Under the pieces are notes generated by a model. It was not told the DNA's origin. It saw nothing but the letters and a program-made list of their open reading frames with translations, and did not search any database. This document shows, one piece after another, positions 43,288 through 52,808 of a stretch of DNA of 64,000 bases. Source of the stretch: Candidatus Eiseniibacteriota bacterium (GTDB lineage Bacteria; Eisenbacteria; RBG-16-71-46); the NCBI GenBank assembly GCA_963725865.1, contig CAVSAC010000012.1:64001-128000 (forward strand), in the 5' to 3' direction. Position 1 is the stretch's first letter. Each line of letters starts with the position of its first letter. The position numbers were made by a program, and so were the translations under genes.

Positions 43288-43354
43288 CGGATCGGTCTCC
43301 GGTTCGGGCCGGCAGTCTAGCGGCGCGGGGGGGCCGCACGCTATGCTGCGTCAC

Positions 43355-43729
43355 ATGACCTTCACTCGGATCGGCGCGCTCTCGGCGTTCGTGGCGGTCG
43401 CCGCCGGAGCGTTCGGCGCGCACGCACTGCGCGCGCGGCTGGCGCCCGACCTGCTCGCGGTGTTCGAGACCGGCGCGCGCTACCAGCTGTTCCACGCCCT
43501 CGCGCTGCTGGTCGTGGGCCTGATGCTCGAGCGCGCCCGCAGCCGCGCGCTGAACGCCGCGGGCGGGCTGTTCGTCGCCGGCACGGTGCTGTTCTCGGGC
43601 AGCCTGTACGCGCTCGCGCTCACCGGCGCGCGCGCGTGGGGCGCGGTCACGCCGCTGGGTGGTCTCGGCTTCCTCGCGGGCTGGCTGTGTCTCGCGATCG
43701 GCGCGGGGCGGCCGCGCCCGGCGGCCTGA
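43355..43729 (+). CDS. DUF423 (YgdD/TMEM256) membrane protein
   Basis: GAFGAHAL, TGARYQ..H, LFSGSLY, TPLGG. Confidence 0.92.
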   Translation: MTFTRIGALSAFVAVAAGAFGAHALRARLAPDLLAVFETGARYQLFHALALLVVGLMLERARSRALNAAGGLFVAGTVLFSGSLYALALTGARAWGAVTPLGGLGFLAGWLCLAIGAGRPRPAA

Positions 43730-43820
43730 GCCGCCGCTCCCCGGGCGCTCGACCGGCCGTCGCCGGCGCTGGGCGGAGTGGGGCATTTCCCCGCGGCCCG
43801 TGCTGTGGCAGAGTCCGCGC

Positions 43821-45770
43821 ATGGCTCCGCCCCTCTCGCTTGCCTCCGAGCAGCGCGCCACGTCGCTCCTGCGCCGCGCGCTCGCGCGCCCCGGCGCTCC
43901 GCGCGGGCTGGTCGATCGCGTGCTGGTGGTCGACGTGGAGCTCCAGCGCGCGATGCTGCTCGAGGCGGGCACGCTGGTGCGCGAGTACCCGATCTCGACC
44001 GCTGCGGCCGGCATCGGCGGCGCGGCGGGCTCGCTGCGCACGCCGCCCGGGTGGCATCGTATCCACGCCCGCATCGGCGCGGGCGCCCCGCGCGGCGCGG
44101 TGTTCGAGAGCCGCGAGCCCACCGGCGCGATCTGGCAGGGCGAGGCGCGCGCGGACGACCTGATCCTCACGCGCATCCTCACGCTCGACGGGCTCGAGAC
44201 CGGCATCAACCGCGGAGCGGGACGGGACTCGCTGGAGCGCTACATCTACCTGCACGGCACCAATCACGAAGACCGCCTCGGCAGCCCGGACTCGCACGGC
44301 TGCGTGCGGCTCGCGAACGACGACGTCGTCGACCTGTTCGAACGCGTCGCGGTCGGCGACCTGGTGCTGGTGGCGGGGCGCGAAGGCGCGCCCGACCCGG
44401 TGACGGCCGGGCGTTTCCACTATGCGGGGCTCGGCGGCAGCGGCATGAGCGCGCTGGCGCAGTTCCAGGCGATGCTGGGCGGCCGCGCGAGCGGCAGCGA
44501 CCGCGCGTTCGACCGCGGCGAGCGCGCGGAGTCGCGCGCGCAGCTCGAGCGGCTCGGCATCGTCGTGCACCCGCAGGACGGCAGCGGCCTCGACGACGAC
44601 TGCGCGGCGCTGGTGGTGTCGACCGCGGTCGAGGAGGACGTGCCCGACGTGGCGGCCGCCCGCGCGCTGGGCGTGCCGATCGTGCACCGCTCCGAGCTGC
44701 TGGCGCACTTCGTCGCGACCCACCGCACGATCGCGGTGGCGGGGACCAGCGGCAAGTCCACCACGGTCGCGATGGCGTTCGAGATCCTGCGCGGCGCCGG
44801 CCGCGATCCGTCGGTGATCACGGGCGGCGACCTGGTGTTGCTCCAGCGCGAGGGGCTGTGGGGCAACGCGTGGCACGGGCGCTCCGACCTGCTGGTCGTC
44901 GAGGCCGACGAGAGCGACGGCTCGCTGGTGCGCTACCAGCCCGCGGTCGCCGTGGTGCTCAACCTGCAGCGCGACCACAAGGAGATGGCCGAGGTCATGG
45001 CGATGTTCGAGGCGTTCCGCGCCCGCACCCGCGAGGACGTCGTGGTGGGCGAGGACGAGGCGCTGCGCCCGCTGCGCGAGGGCGCGCTGGTGACCGGGTT
45101 CGGCCCCGACGCGCACCTGCGCGCGGTCGCGCTGCGACTGGAGCCCGCCGCGAGCGCGTTCGAGGTCGACGGCGTGGCGTTCCGCCTGCCGGTTCCCGGG
45201 CGCCACAACGTCGAGAACGCGCTGGCCGCGATCGCCGCCGCGCGCTCGCTCGGGGTGGGGCTCGCCGAGATGGTGGAGCCGCTCGCGAACTTCCAGGGCG
45301 TGGGGCGCCGCTTCCAGTCGCTCGGCGTGGCGCGCGGGATCGAGGTGATCGACGACTTCGCGCACAACCCGGCCAAGCTGCGCGCGGCGCTCGTCACCGC
45401 GCAGGCGCGGGCGGCACGGGTGCTGGCGGTGTTCCAGCCCCACGGCTACGGGCCGACGCGCTTCCTGCGCGACGACCTGGTGGCGGCGTTCGCCGAGACC
45501 CTGCGACCCGCGGACCGGCTGTGGATGCTCGAGGTGTTCTACGCCGGCGGCACCGCGACCCGCGACGTCTCGGCCGCCGATCTGGTGTCCGCGATCGCGG
45601 CCCGCGGCCGGAGCGCCGAGTTCGCGGAGAGCCGGCCCGCGCTGGTGGAGCGGCTCGCGGCCGAGGCGCGTGCCGGGGACCTGGTGATCGTCATGGGAGC
45701 CCGCGATCCGTCGCTCACCACGCTGGCGCGCGCGATCCTCGAGCGGCTGAGCGGCGCGCGAGTGACGTAG
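43821..45770 (+). CDS. YkuD L,D-transpeptidase-family domain fused to MurC/Mpl-like ligase
   Basis: YIYLHGTN..SHGCVRL, then GLGGSGMSALA, AGTSGKSTT, EADESD, GVGRRF, DDFAHNP, FQPH; no signal peptide. Confidence 0.85.
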   Translation: MAPPLSLASEQRATSLLRRALARPGAPRGLVDRVLVVDVELQRAMLLEAGTLVREYPISTAAAGIGGAAGSLRTPPGWHRIHARIGAGAPRGAVFESREPTGAIWQGEARADDLILTRILTLDGLETGINRGAGRDSLERYIYLHGTNHEDRLGSPDSHGCVRLANDDVVDLFERVAVGDLVLVAGREGAPDPVTAGRFHYAGLGGSGMSALAQFQAMLGGRASGSDRAFDRGERAESRAQLERLGIVVHPQDGSGLDDDCAALVVSTAVEEDVPDVAAARALGVPIVHRSELLAHFVATHRTIAVAGTSGKSTTVAMAFEILRGAGRDPSVITGGDLVLLQREGLWGNAWHGRSDLLVVEADESDGSLVRYQPAVAVVLNLQRDHKEMAEVMAMFEAFRARTREDVVVGEDEALRPLREGALVTGFGPDAHLRAVALRLEPAASAFEVDGVAFRLPVPGRHNVENALAAIAAARSLGVGLAEMVEPLANFQGVGRRFQSLGVARGIEVIDDFAHNPAKLRAALVTAQARAARVLAVFQPHGYGPTRFLRDDLVAAFAETLRPADRLWMLEVFYAGGTATRDVSAADLVSAIAARGRSAEFAESRPALVERLAAEARAGDLVIVMGARDPSLTTLARAILERLSGARVT

Positions 45771-46092
45771 GCGCGGCACCCGGCGGACCGGGTTGCGCGA
45801 GCTGGATGATGGGGGCGCGGCCACTCCCGTGGTGCGGATGCGCGTCGCGCATCGCCCCGGGCCTCGTCGGTGTGCTGGGCCGTGTGCGATCCCTTGCCGC
45901 TGCGTGCGCCGCGGATCCATCCGCGGTGGGCTCTGCGCCCCCTCATCCGCTCGGCGACGGCCCGCGGTCACCGCCGCGATCGATCGTCGTCCGGCACCGC
46001 GCGTGCCGGAACCCGGGGCACCCCAGAGGCGGCCGGGTCCATCGACAGGTGTCGGCAGAAGCGGCCCAGACTTGAGCGGCGATCGCGGCGCG

Positions 46093-46134
46093 TGCGGGAT
46101 GGGGAATGGGGCGTAGCGAGTGGGGAATGGGAGG
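46093..46134. repeat. Degenerate heptamer tandem repeat (six units, STRR-like)
   Basis: TGCGGGA TGGGGAA TGGGGCG TAGCGAG TGGGGAA TGGGAGG. Confidence 0.5.
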
Positions 46135-46229
46135 AGAGCGATCTTCCGGGCGATGCGACTTGACGGCACCGCGCTGGAAGAGGCGCCTCACCGGCGTGTG
46201 AGGCCCGCGCCCCGCTCGCCTTCCCCTCG

Positions 46230-46399
46230 CCCACGAGGCTGAGCCCCTCACAGCTGACGCGCTTCGTGCTGAGGGCGTCGATCTTCCATGCTTCGAGCCC
46301 CCGTTCGACGGCGGCGTAGAAGTCATCCGACGAGGTCCAGAATCCCTCGAACAGCTTGCTCCAATGACTGACGACATTGTCCAGCGGGGTCTGTGCCAT
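46230..46399 (-). pseudogene. 5' remnant of a hypothetical gene
   Basis: GGAGG RBS, MAQTPLDNVVSHWSKLFEGFWTSSDDFYAAVE looks protein-like, then degenerates. Confidence 0.35.
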
Positions 46400-46585
46400 G
46401 CGGCCCTCCGCGGCTAGAAACAGCTGACGGCGTCCTCCGAATGCGGGTCGAGGGACGCCGTCAGCAACTATGGAGTGTCCCCGATCCTCGGACCACCCAT
46501 GCCCCGAACACACACAAAGCGCGAGAGCGAGATCGGGCCTCGTTCCGCTGAGCACTCGGAATCGCTCGCGCCTCCAGGACTGGCG

Positions 46586-47957
46586 GGGCTACCCTCACGA
46601 GGTGTGTAAAAGGCTGATGGCGACGTAACCTTCAGGTTCGCCAAGAACCACGGGCCGAGTGCCCGCAACGAAGGAGAACGCCACCGTGAGGAAGAAGACA
46701 CCCGCCGTGCCCGTGTCGTCAATGCCGACGTGGGAGACCCTCGAGGAGTTCGTGCGCACGAAGATCCAGGCGACGATGCAGTCGGTGCTGGAGGAAGAGC
46801 TGACGGCGTTCCTGGGCCGCGGCAAGTCGGAGCGTCGCGCCGGAGTCGATGTCGCGCCGGGCTACCGCAACGGCCACGGCAAGCCGCGCAAGCTGGCGCT
46901 GTCGTGCGGCACGGTCGCGCTGCAGCGGCCGCGAGCGCGGAACCTGGAGGAACGCTTCGAGAGCCAGGTGTTGCCGCTGTTCGCGCGCCAGAGCCGCGCG
47001 GTGAGCGCGCTGTTGCCGGAGTTGTACCTGCACGGGCTCTCGAAGGGCGACTTCGAACTGGCGATGCGGGGGCTGCTGGGCGAGGGCGCGACGCTGTCGC
47101 CGGCGTCGATCGAACGGCTGCGCGGCAAGTGGCAGGCGGAGTACGACGCCTGGAGCACGCGGGACCTGAGCGATCGCGAGTTGGTCTACGTGTGGGCCGA
47201 CGGCGTGTACGTGAAGGCCGGTCTCGAACGCGAGAAGGCGGCGCTGCTGGTGGTGATCGGCGCCAAGGCCGACGGCACCAAGGAAGTGCTGGCCGTGACG
47301 CCGGGCTATCGCGAGAGCACCGAGTCGTGGAAGGCACTGTTCGCGGATCTCAGGGCTCGCGGCCTCGACGCACCGAAGCTGATGGTCGCCGACGGCGCCG
47401 CGGGCGCCTGGGCGGCGGCGGGCGAAGTGTGGCCGGCGATGCGCGAGCAGCGCTGCTGGAACCACAAGCTCGTCAACGTGCTCGATGCGCTGCCGAAGAA
47501 GGTGCAGGCCATGGCGCGCGAGCTGCTGTGCGCGATCCCGTACGTGCCGACACGAGCCGAGGCCCTGAAGCGCCGCGAGCGGTTCGCGAAGGCGTTCCGC
47601 CGGACGCACCCGCGGGCGGTCGAGATCCTCGAGCGCGACTGGGAGCGAATGGTCGCCTTCTACGGCTTCCCGCGCGAACACTGGAAGCACCTGCGCACGA
47701 CGAACGTGGTGGAGAGCCCGTTCGCGTCGGTGCGGCTGCGCACGGATGCAGCGAAGCGGTTCAAGAAGACGGAGAACGCGACGGCGATGATCTGGAGGCT
47801 GCTGCTCGTGGCCGAGAGGAACTTCCGCAAGATCGACGCACCGCACCTGGCTGCCGAGGTCTATCGCGGGGTCGTGTTCGAGGACGGAGTGAAGCTCACG
47901 AAGTCGAATCAGAGGGTCGCCGCCTGATGCCGTTTACACACCACTTGACTCAAGCCC
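46586..47957 (+). mobile_element. IS256-family insertion sequence, copy 1 (1372 bp)
   Basis: Imperfect 25-bp IRs GGGCTACCCTCACGAGGTGTGTAAA / revcomp GGGCTTGAGTCAAGTGGTGTGTAAA. Confidence 0.95.
46659..47927 (+). CDS. IS256-family (Mutator) transposase
   Basis: YRNG, VWADG, VADG, QRCWNHK, RTTNVVES. Confidence 0.95.
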   Translation: MPATKENATVRKKTPAVPVSSMPTWETLEEFVRTKIQATMQSVLEEELTAFLGRGKSERRAGVDVAPGYRNGHGKPRKLALSCGTVALQRPRARNLEERFESQVLPLFARQSRAVSALLPELYLHGLSKGDFELAMRGLLGEGATLSPASIERLRGKWQAEYDAWSTRDLSDRELVYVWADGVYVKAGLEREKAALLVVIGAKADGTKEVLAVTPGYRESTESWKALFADLRARGLDAPKLMVADGAAGAWAAAGEVWPAMREQRCWNHKLVNVLDALPKKVQAMARELLCAIPYVPTRAEALKRRERFAKAFRRTHPRAVEILERDWERMVAFYGFPREHWKHLRTTNVVESPFASVRLRTDAAKRFKKTENATAMIWRLLLVAERNFRKIDAPHLAAEVYRGVVFEDGVKLTKSNQRVAA

Positions 47958-48369
47958 CCACGACGGGCAGGACGTTAGCGCAGTCGGCGAGTGGGCGCCA
48001 CGGAGTCGGTCGGGCCGGGTCCTTCGGCCGTTCCGTGCGAACCCGCGCGGAACGCGGACGTCCGGAGGATCGATCCGTGACCTTGCAGGTGCTCCGATCG
48101 AACGACGGACTCGGCGCGCTGCCGCCGCCGGCCGCGGCGACCTGGATGTCCTGAGCCCTCCTGGGCTGGCAACGGGCCCTCTCTGGTATCCTCAGTTGCC
48201 CGTCTCTACAATGCAGGAGGTGCGTGTCCCGGTGTCTCACTCGTCGCGGTCGCAGCTCCGGGCGGGAACGAGGCACGGTGCGGAAGGTGCGGCAGTCCCT
48301 CGACGATTTGAACAGGGTTCTTCATTTCCGTGATGGATCCGGGAAGTGGTGCGTGCAGGAGGTGAAGCC

Positions 48370-49362
48370 GTGACCCCATCGACCCACTCCGCGCCCGCGC
48401 CGCCCGCCTCCTCGATCTCCGTGGTGATCCCGGTGTACGGCGGCGCCGATACGCTGGAACCCCTGCTGGATCGCCTGGCGAAGGTGTTCACCGTGCTGGG
48501 GCTGGATCACGAGGTCGTCCTCGTGAACGACGCGAGCCCCGACGGGAGTTGGAGCGTGATCGAGAAGGCGGTCGATCGCTACCCCTGGGTCCGGGGCATC
48601 GACCTGATGAAGAACTCCGGTCAGCACAACGCCCTGCTCTGCGGCGTGCGCGCCGCGCGCTACGACACCATCGTCACCCTGGATGACGACCTGCAGCATC
48701 CTCCGGAGTGCATCCCGGACCTGCTGGCCAAGCTGGCGGAGGGCTACGACCTCGTCTACGGCGTCCCCTTCCAGGAGAAGCGGAGCTTCATCCGGAACCT
48801 GATGTCGCGGATGGTGAAGCGGGTGGTCATGAAGTACGGCGCCGGGCAGGAATTCGAGATCAGCAGCCTGCGCGTCTTCCGCACCTCCCTGAGAGACGCC
48901 TTCACGGCCGTCACCCATCCCAGCATCTACCTCGATTTCATGCTGTCCTGGGGCGCTCGCCGGATCGGACAGGTCCGGGTGGCCCATGACGTCCGCCGGC
49001 TCGGAGCCTCCGTCTACACGCCCGCGCGGCTCGTCCGCCACGCCCTCAACATGCTCACCTCGTTCAGCGTCCTGCCCCTCCATGTGGCCAGTTGGCTGGG
49101 CTTCCTCGTCGCGGGCTTCGGCTTCCTCGTGCTCTTCTTCACGTTCGCGGACTTCTTCCTGCACGGTCGAGCCGTTCCTGGCTTTGCCTTCCTGTCGTCG
49201 ATCATGGCGATCTTCTCGGGTGCTCAGTTGTTCTCGGTGGGCATCCTCGGGCTCTACCTGGCGCGCATCTACGAGGGCACGATGGCGAAGCCCGCCTACG
49301 TCGTCCGCCAGGAGATCGGGCACCCGGCCCAGCCCGCGGGGCGTGGCGAGAACCCATCGTAA
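48370..49362 (+). CDS. GT2 polyprenyl-phosphate glycosyltransferase (ArnC/GtrB-like)
   Basis: SVVIPVY, VNDASPD, N.GQHNA, LDDDLQHPP, two C-terminal TM; AGGAGG RBS. Confidence 0.9.
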   Translation: MTPSTHSAPAPPASSISVVIPVYGGADTLEPLLDRLAKVFTVLGLDHEVVLVNDASPDGSWSVIEKAVDRYPWVRGIDLMKNSGQHNALLCGVRAARYDTIVTLDDDLQHPPECIPDLLAKLAEGYDLVYGVPFQEKRSFIRNLMSRMVKRVVMKYGAGQEFEISSLRVFRTSLRDAFTAVTHPSIYLDFMLSWGARRIGQVRVAHDVRRLGASVYTPARLVRHALNMLTSFSVLPLHVASWLGFLVAGFGFLVLFFTFADFFLHGRAVPGFAFLSSIMAIFSGAQLFSVGILGLYLARIYEGTMAKPAYVVRQEIGHPAQPAGRGENPS

Positions 49363-49370
49363 GGACGGTC

Positions 49371-50794
49371 ATGCAAGAGGATGCCGAGCTGGCCATGCTG
49401 AAGTCTGCCCTGACGGTGGAGAAGGCCACGCATTCCCTGGCGGACATCCTGGGTGGATCGAACAGCGACGCGCCGCCACGCCCTTCGAGGTGAAGCTCAT
49501 CCCCTTCGGCGCACTCCAGGGCTGGCATTTCCATCCGGACACCGGGAATCTGGAACACGTGTCCGGCCGCTTCTTCTCGATCGCAGGCGTGCGGGTCCGC
49601 ACAGACTGGGGCTTCGTCCAGGAATGGGACCAGCCCATCATCTGCCAGCCTGAAGTGGGCATCCTGGGCATCCTGTGCAAGCGCATCGACGGGATCCTCC
49701 ACTTCCTGCTCCAGACCAAGATCGAACCTGGCAACCTCGGCGGCGTCCAGTTGGCTCCCACCCTCCAGGCCACCCGCAGCAACTACACGCAGGTGCACAA
49801 GGGGACCCGGCCACGCTACGTGGACTATTTCCTCGAGCCCCGCGGCCGCCACGTGCACCTCGATGTCCTGCAATCCGAGCAGGGCTCCAAGTATCTTCGC
49901 AAGCGCAACCGGAACATCATCCTGGAAGTGGACGACGACGCGCCGGCCGGCGACGACTATTGCTGGATGACGCTGGGCCAGATCGGCGTGCTCCTGCAGC
50001 GGGACAACCTGGTCAACATGGACACGCGCACGGTGATCTCGTGCATGGCTTACGGCTCCTGGGCGAGCAGCTTCGTCGCCCTGGAATCCGTGATCTTCAA
50101 CGACACGGAGCGCGCCAACGACCAGCGCCACATGCTGCTGTCGGCCCTCGACGGACAGCGGCACCTGCACACCCTGCCGGAGTTGATCTCGTGGATCACC
50201 CGGCTCAAGACCGAGTGCGAGCTGGTGGTCGATCGCATCCCACTCAACGCGGTGCGCGGGTGGCTGCACGACGACACGCGCATCCATCACGAGAGCGGCA
50301 GGTACTTCTCGGTCATCGCGGTCCAGGCCACGATCGGCAACCGGGAAGTGTCCTCGTGGTGTCAGCCGCTGGCGCAATCAGCCCAGGTGGGGATCATCGC
50401 CTTCCTGATCAAGTCGATCGACGGGGTCTATCACTTCCTCGTCCAAGCGAAGCTGGAGGCCGGGAACATGGACCTCATCGAGCTGGCCCCGACCGTGCAA
50501 TGCGTGAACGACAACTACCGCAACAGCATCCCGGAGCAGAAGCCGGCCTACCTGGATTATGTGCTCCGCGCGGACCCCGGCCGGATCTGGTATGACACGC
50601 ATCAGTCGGAGGAGGGTGGCCGCTTCTACCACGAGCAGCATCGCATGCTGATCGTCGAGGTGGATCCGGACTTCCCTGTGGAAGTCCCCGCTTACGCATG
50701 GATGACGCTGAACCAGATCAAGACGTTCATCCATTTCAACAACTACTTCAACATGGAGGCCCGGGGGTTGATCTCTGCCATCGGCCTCTGGTGA
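49371..50794 (+). CDS. NDP-hexose 2,3-dehydratase; frameshift near 49450
   Basis: Duplicated Nudix-like halves: H.SGRFFSI..WDQPII.QPEVG, LAPTLQATRSN, QSEQG..RNRN, NMDTR; QSEEGGRFY, NMEAR. Confidence 0.9.
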
Positions 50795-50804
50795 GCCTCG
50801 ACTC

Positions 50805-51783
50805 ATGAAGCGTCTGCGCGTCGGCGTCGTCGGTTGTGCCAGCATCGCACGGCGCCATGTGTTGCCGGCCCTGCGGTCCATGCCGGAGTACGAGATCGCC
50901 GTCATCGGCAGTCGAGACCTCGACAAGGCGAGAGAGGTCGCTCGCCTCTTCGGCGGCGAGCCGGTGCGCGGCTACGACGCCATCGTGGCGCGGGATGATC
51001 TGGACGTGGTCTATGTGCCGCTGCCCACCGGCCTGCACGCCGAGTGGGTGGCCAGGCTCATCCGGACCGGCAAGCACGTCATGGTGGACGCGACGCTGGG
51101 CCACCACCTATGACGAGTCCCTCCATCTGGTGGAGCTCGCTCGCGAGCGCCGCGGGCTCCTCATGGAACACTTCCAGTTCCTGCACCACCGCCAGACGGC
51201 CTTCGTGCGGAAGACGATCCAGGAAGGGACACTGGGGGAGATCCGCCTGTTGCGGTCGACCTTCGGCTTCCCCCCGCTGGACCCCGGCAACTTCCGCTAC
51301 GACGCTCGCCTCGGCGGCGGCGCCCTGCTGGATGCGGGTGCGTACACCCTCCGGATCTCGCACGCCCTGCTGGGTCACGATCTCCAGGTGGGTGCTGCGA
51401 CCATGGAGCGCGTGGCGCCGGGTGACGTCGACATCAGCGGTGCGGCCTTCCTGCTCTCGGAGCGCGGGTGCCGTGCCAGGTGGCCTGGGGATTCGACCAC
51501 CACGATCAGTGCGCGGTGGATATCTGGGGGCAGAAGGGGCGTCTCGACGCAGGACCGCGCCTTCACCGCTCCCCCCGGCTACAGCCCGCGCGTGACCGTG
51601 GAGACCGGTGGTCTGCGCCAGGAACACCAGATCGCGCCTGACGATCACTTCGTGAACCTCTGGCGGGACTTCTATCAGCGCGTGGTCGACCGCACGCTGG
51701 AACCGTCCCTCGCCGACATCCTGACGCAGGCCCGCCTGATCCGCGATGTCCGCCTGCGGGCAGACGTCAAGGGCTCTCCATGA
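50805..51783 (+). CDS. Gfo/Idh/MocA oxidoreductase, probable NDP-hexose 3-ketoreductase; frameshifts near 51095 and 51470-51545
   Basis: GCASIARR, YVPLP..LH..W, GKHV, FGFPP, LGGGALLDAG.Y, RAFTAP. Confidence 0.85.
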
Positions 51784-52714
51784 AGGCGCTGGTGCTCGGG
51801 TCCAACGGTTACCTGGGCCGGCATCTGGTGCATGCGGCGAAGGCCGCGGGCTGACGACGCTCACGGCGGACCTCCATCCGGCCGCATGGGATGGTGATCC
51901 AACCTACCGCTCGTGCGATGTCCGCCAGCCCGAATCCCTGAAGGCGCTGGATTGGGACGTGGACGCCGTCTTCGTGTTCACCGGCTTGTCCGGTACCACG
52001 ACGGGCTTCGAACGGCACGGTGACTACATCGATGTCAACGAGAAGGGGCTGGTCGGGATCCTCGAGATGGCGCGCGGCGGCGGGCCGGGAGGCCCCAAGG
52101 TCATCTTCCCGTCCACCCGGCTGGTCTACCGCGGCGTGGCCGGGCAGGCCTTGCGGGAAGATGCCGAGCAGGACAGCCTCACGATCTATGCAATCAACAA
52201 GCGCGCCGCCGAGATGTACCTGGAGACCTACCGCAAGGTCTTCGGACTGCGTCACGCCATCTTCCGAATCTGCGTCCCGTACGCCGATCTGCTCGCCGGG
52301 CAGTACTCCTACGGCACGATCGGCTTCTTCCTCGGGCACGCCCGCGCCGGCCGGGACATACCCGTCTATGGGGATGGCCGCCAGCGGCGGACCTTCACCC
52401 ACATCGAGGACCTGACCCGGCAGATCCTGCTCGCGACGGTCCACCCCGAGAGCGACGGTCGTGTCTACAACGTCGCAGGGGGCGATGAGCTCTCGATCCG
52501 TGAAGTGGCGGAGCGGATCGCGGCCCGGTATCACGTGCAGGTGCGCGCGGCGCCGTGGCCCGCGCGGGACCTGGCCTGCGAGAGCGGCGACACCGTCTTC
52601 GACAGCACGGCGATCGAGGCGCTCACCGACTACTCGTGTCTCCACCGCCTGGATGATTGGCTCAACGGCTTGCCGGTGGAGAAGCCGCCCGCGCGGACTT
52701 CGGGATCCTCGTGA
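51780..52714 (+). CDS. NAD-dependent epimerase/dehydratase (extended SDR), possible 4-ketoreductase; frameshift near 51848
   Basis: GSNGYLG, PST, YAINK, GDG.Q.R.F.HI.D; ATGA-coupled. Confidence 0.85.
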
Positions 52715-52808
52715 CCCAGAGGACGCGATGCCGCTTCCTGGTGGGGTGAGCCGCGGCATTCCCGGGGGCGAGACGGCCCCGGGAAGGTGGACTCGAGCGC
52801 GATCCGCC

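Noticed and set aside
45771..46576. ncRNA, tRNA or riboswitch in the long intergenic stretch (also 1..254 and 47958..48369)
   Set aside because: Only generic GC hairpins; no recognisable conserved RNA motif. An Rfam scan would be needed
49440..51860. Programmed frameshifting or selenocysteine read-through in sugar genes
   Set aside because: Coding continues in a different frame, not through TGA; no slippery heptamers or SECIS seen; same pattern window-wide
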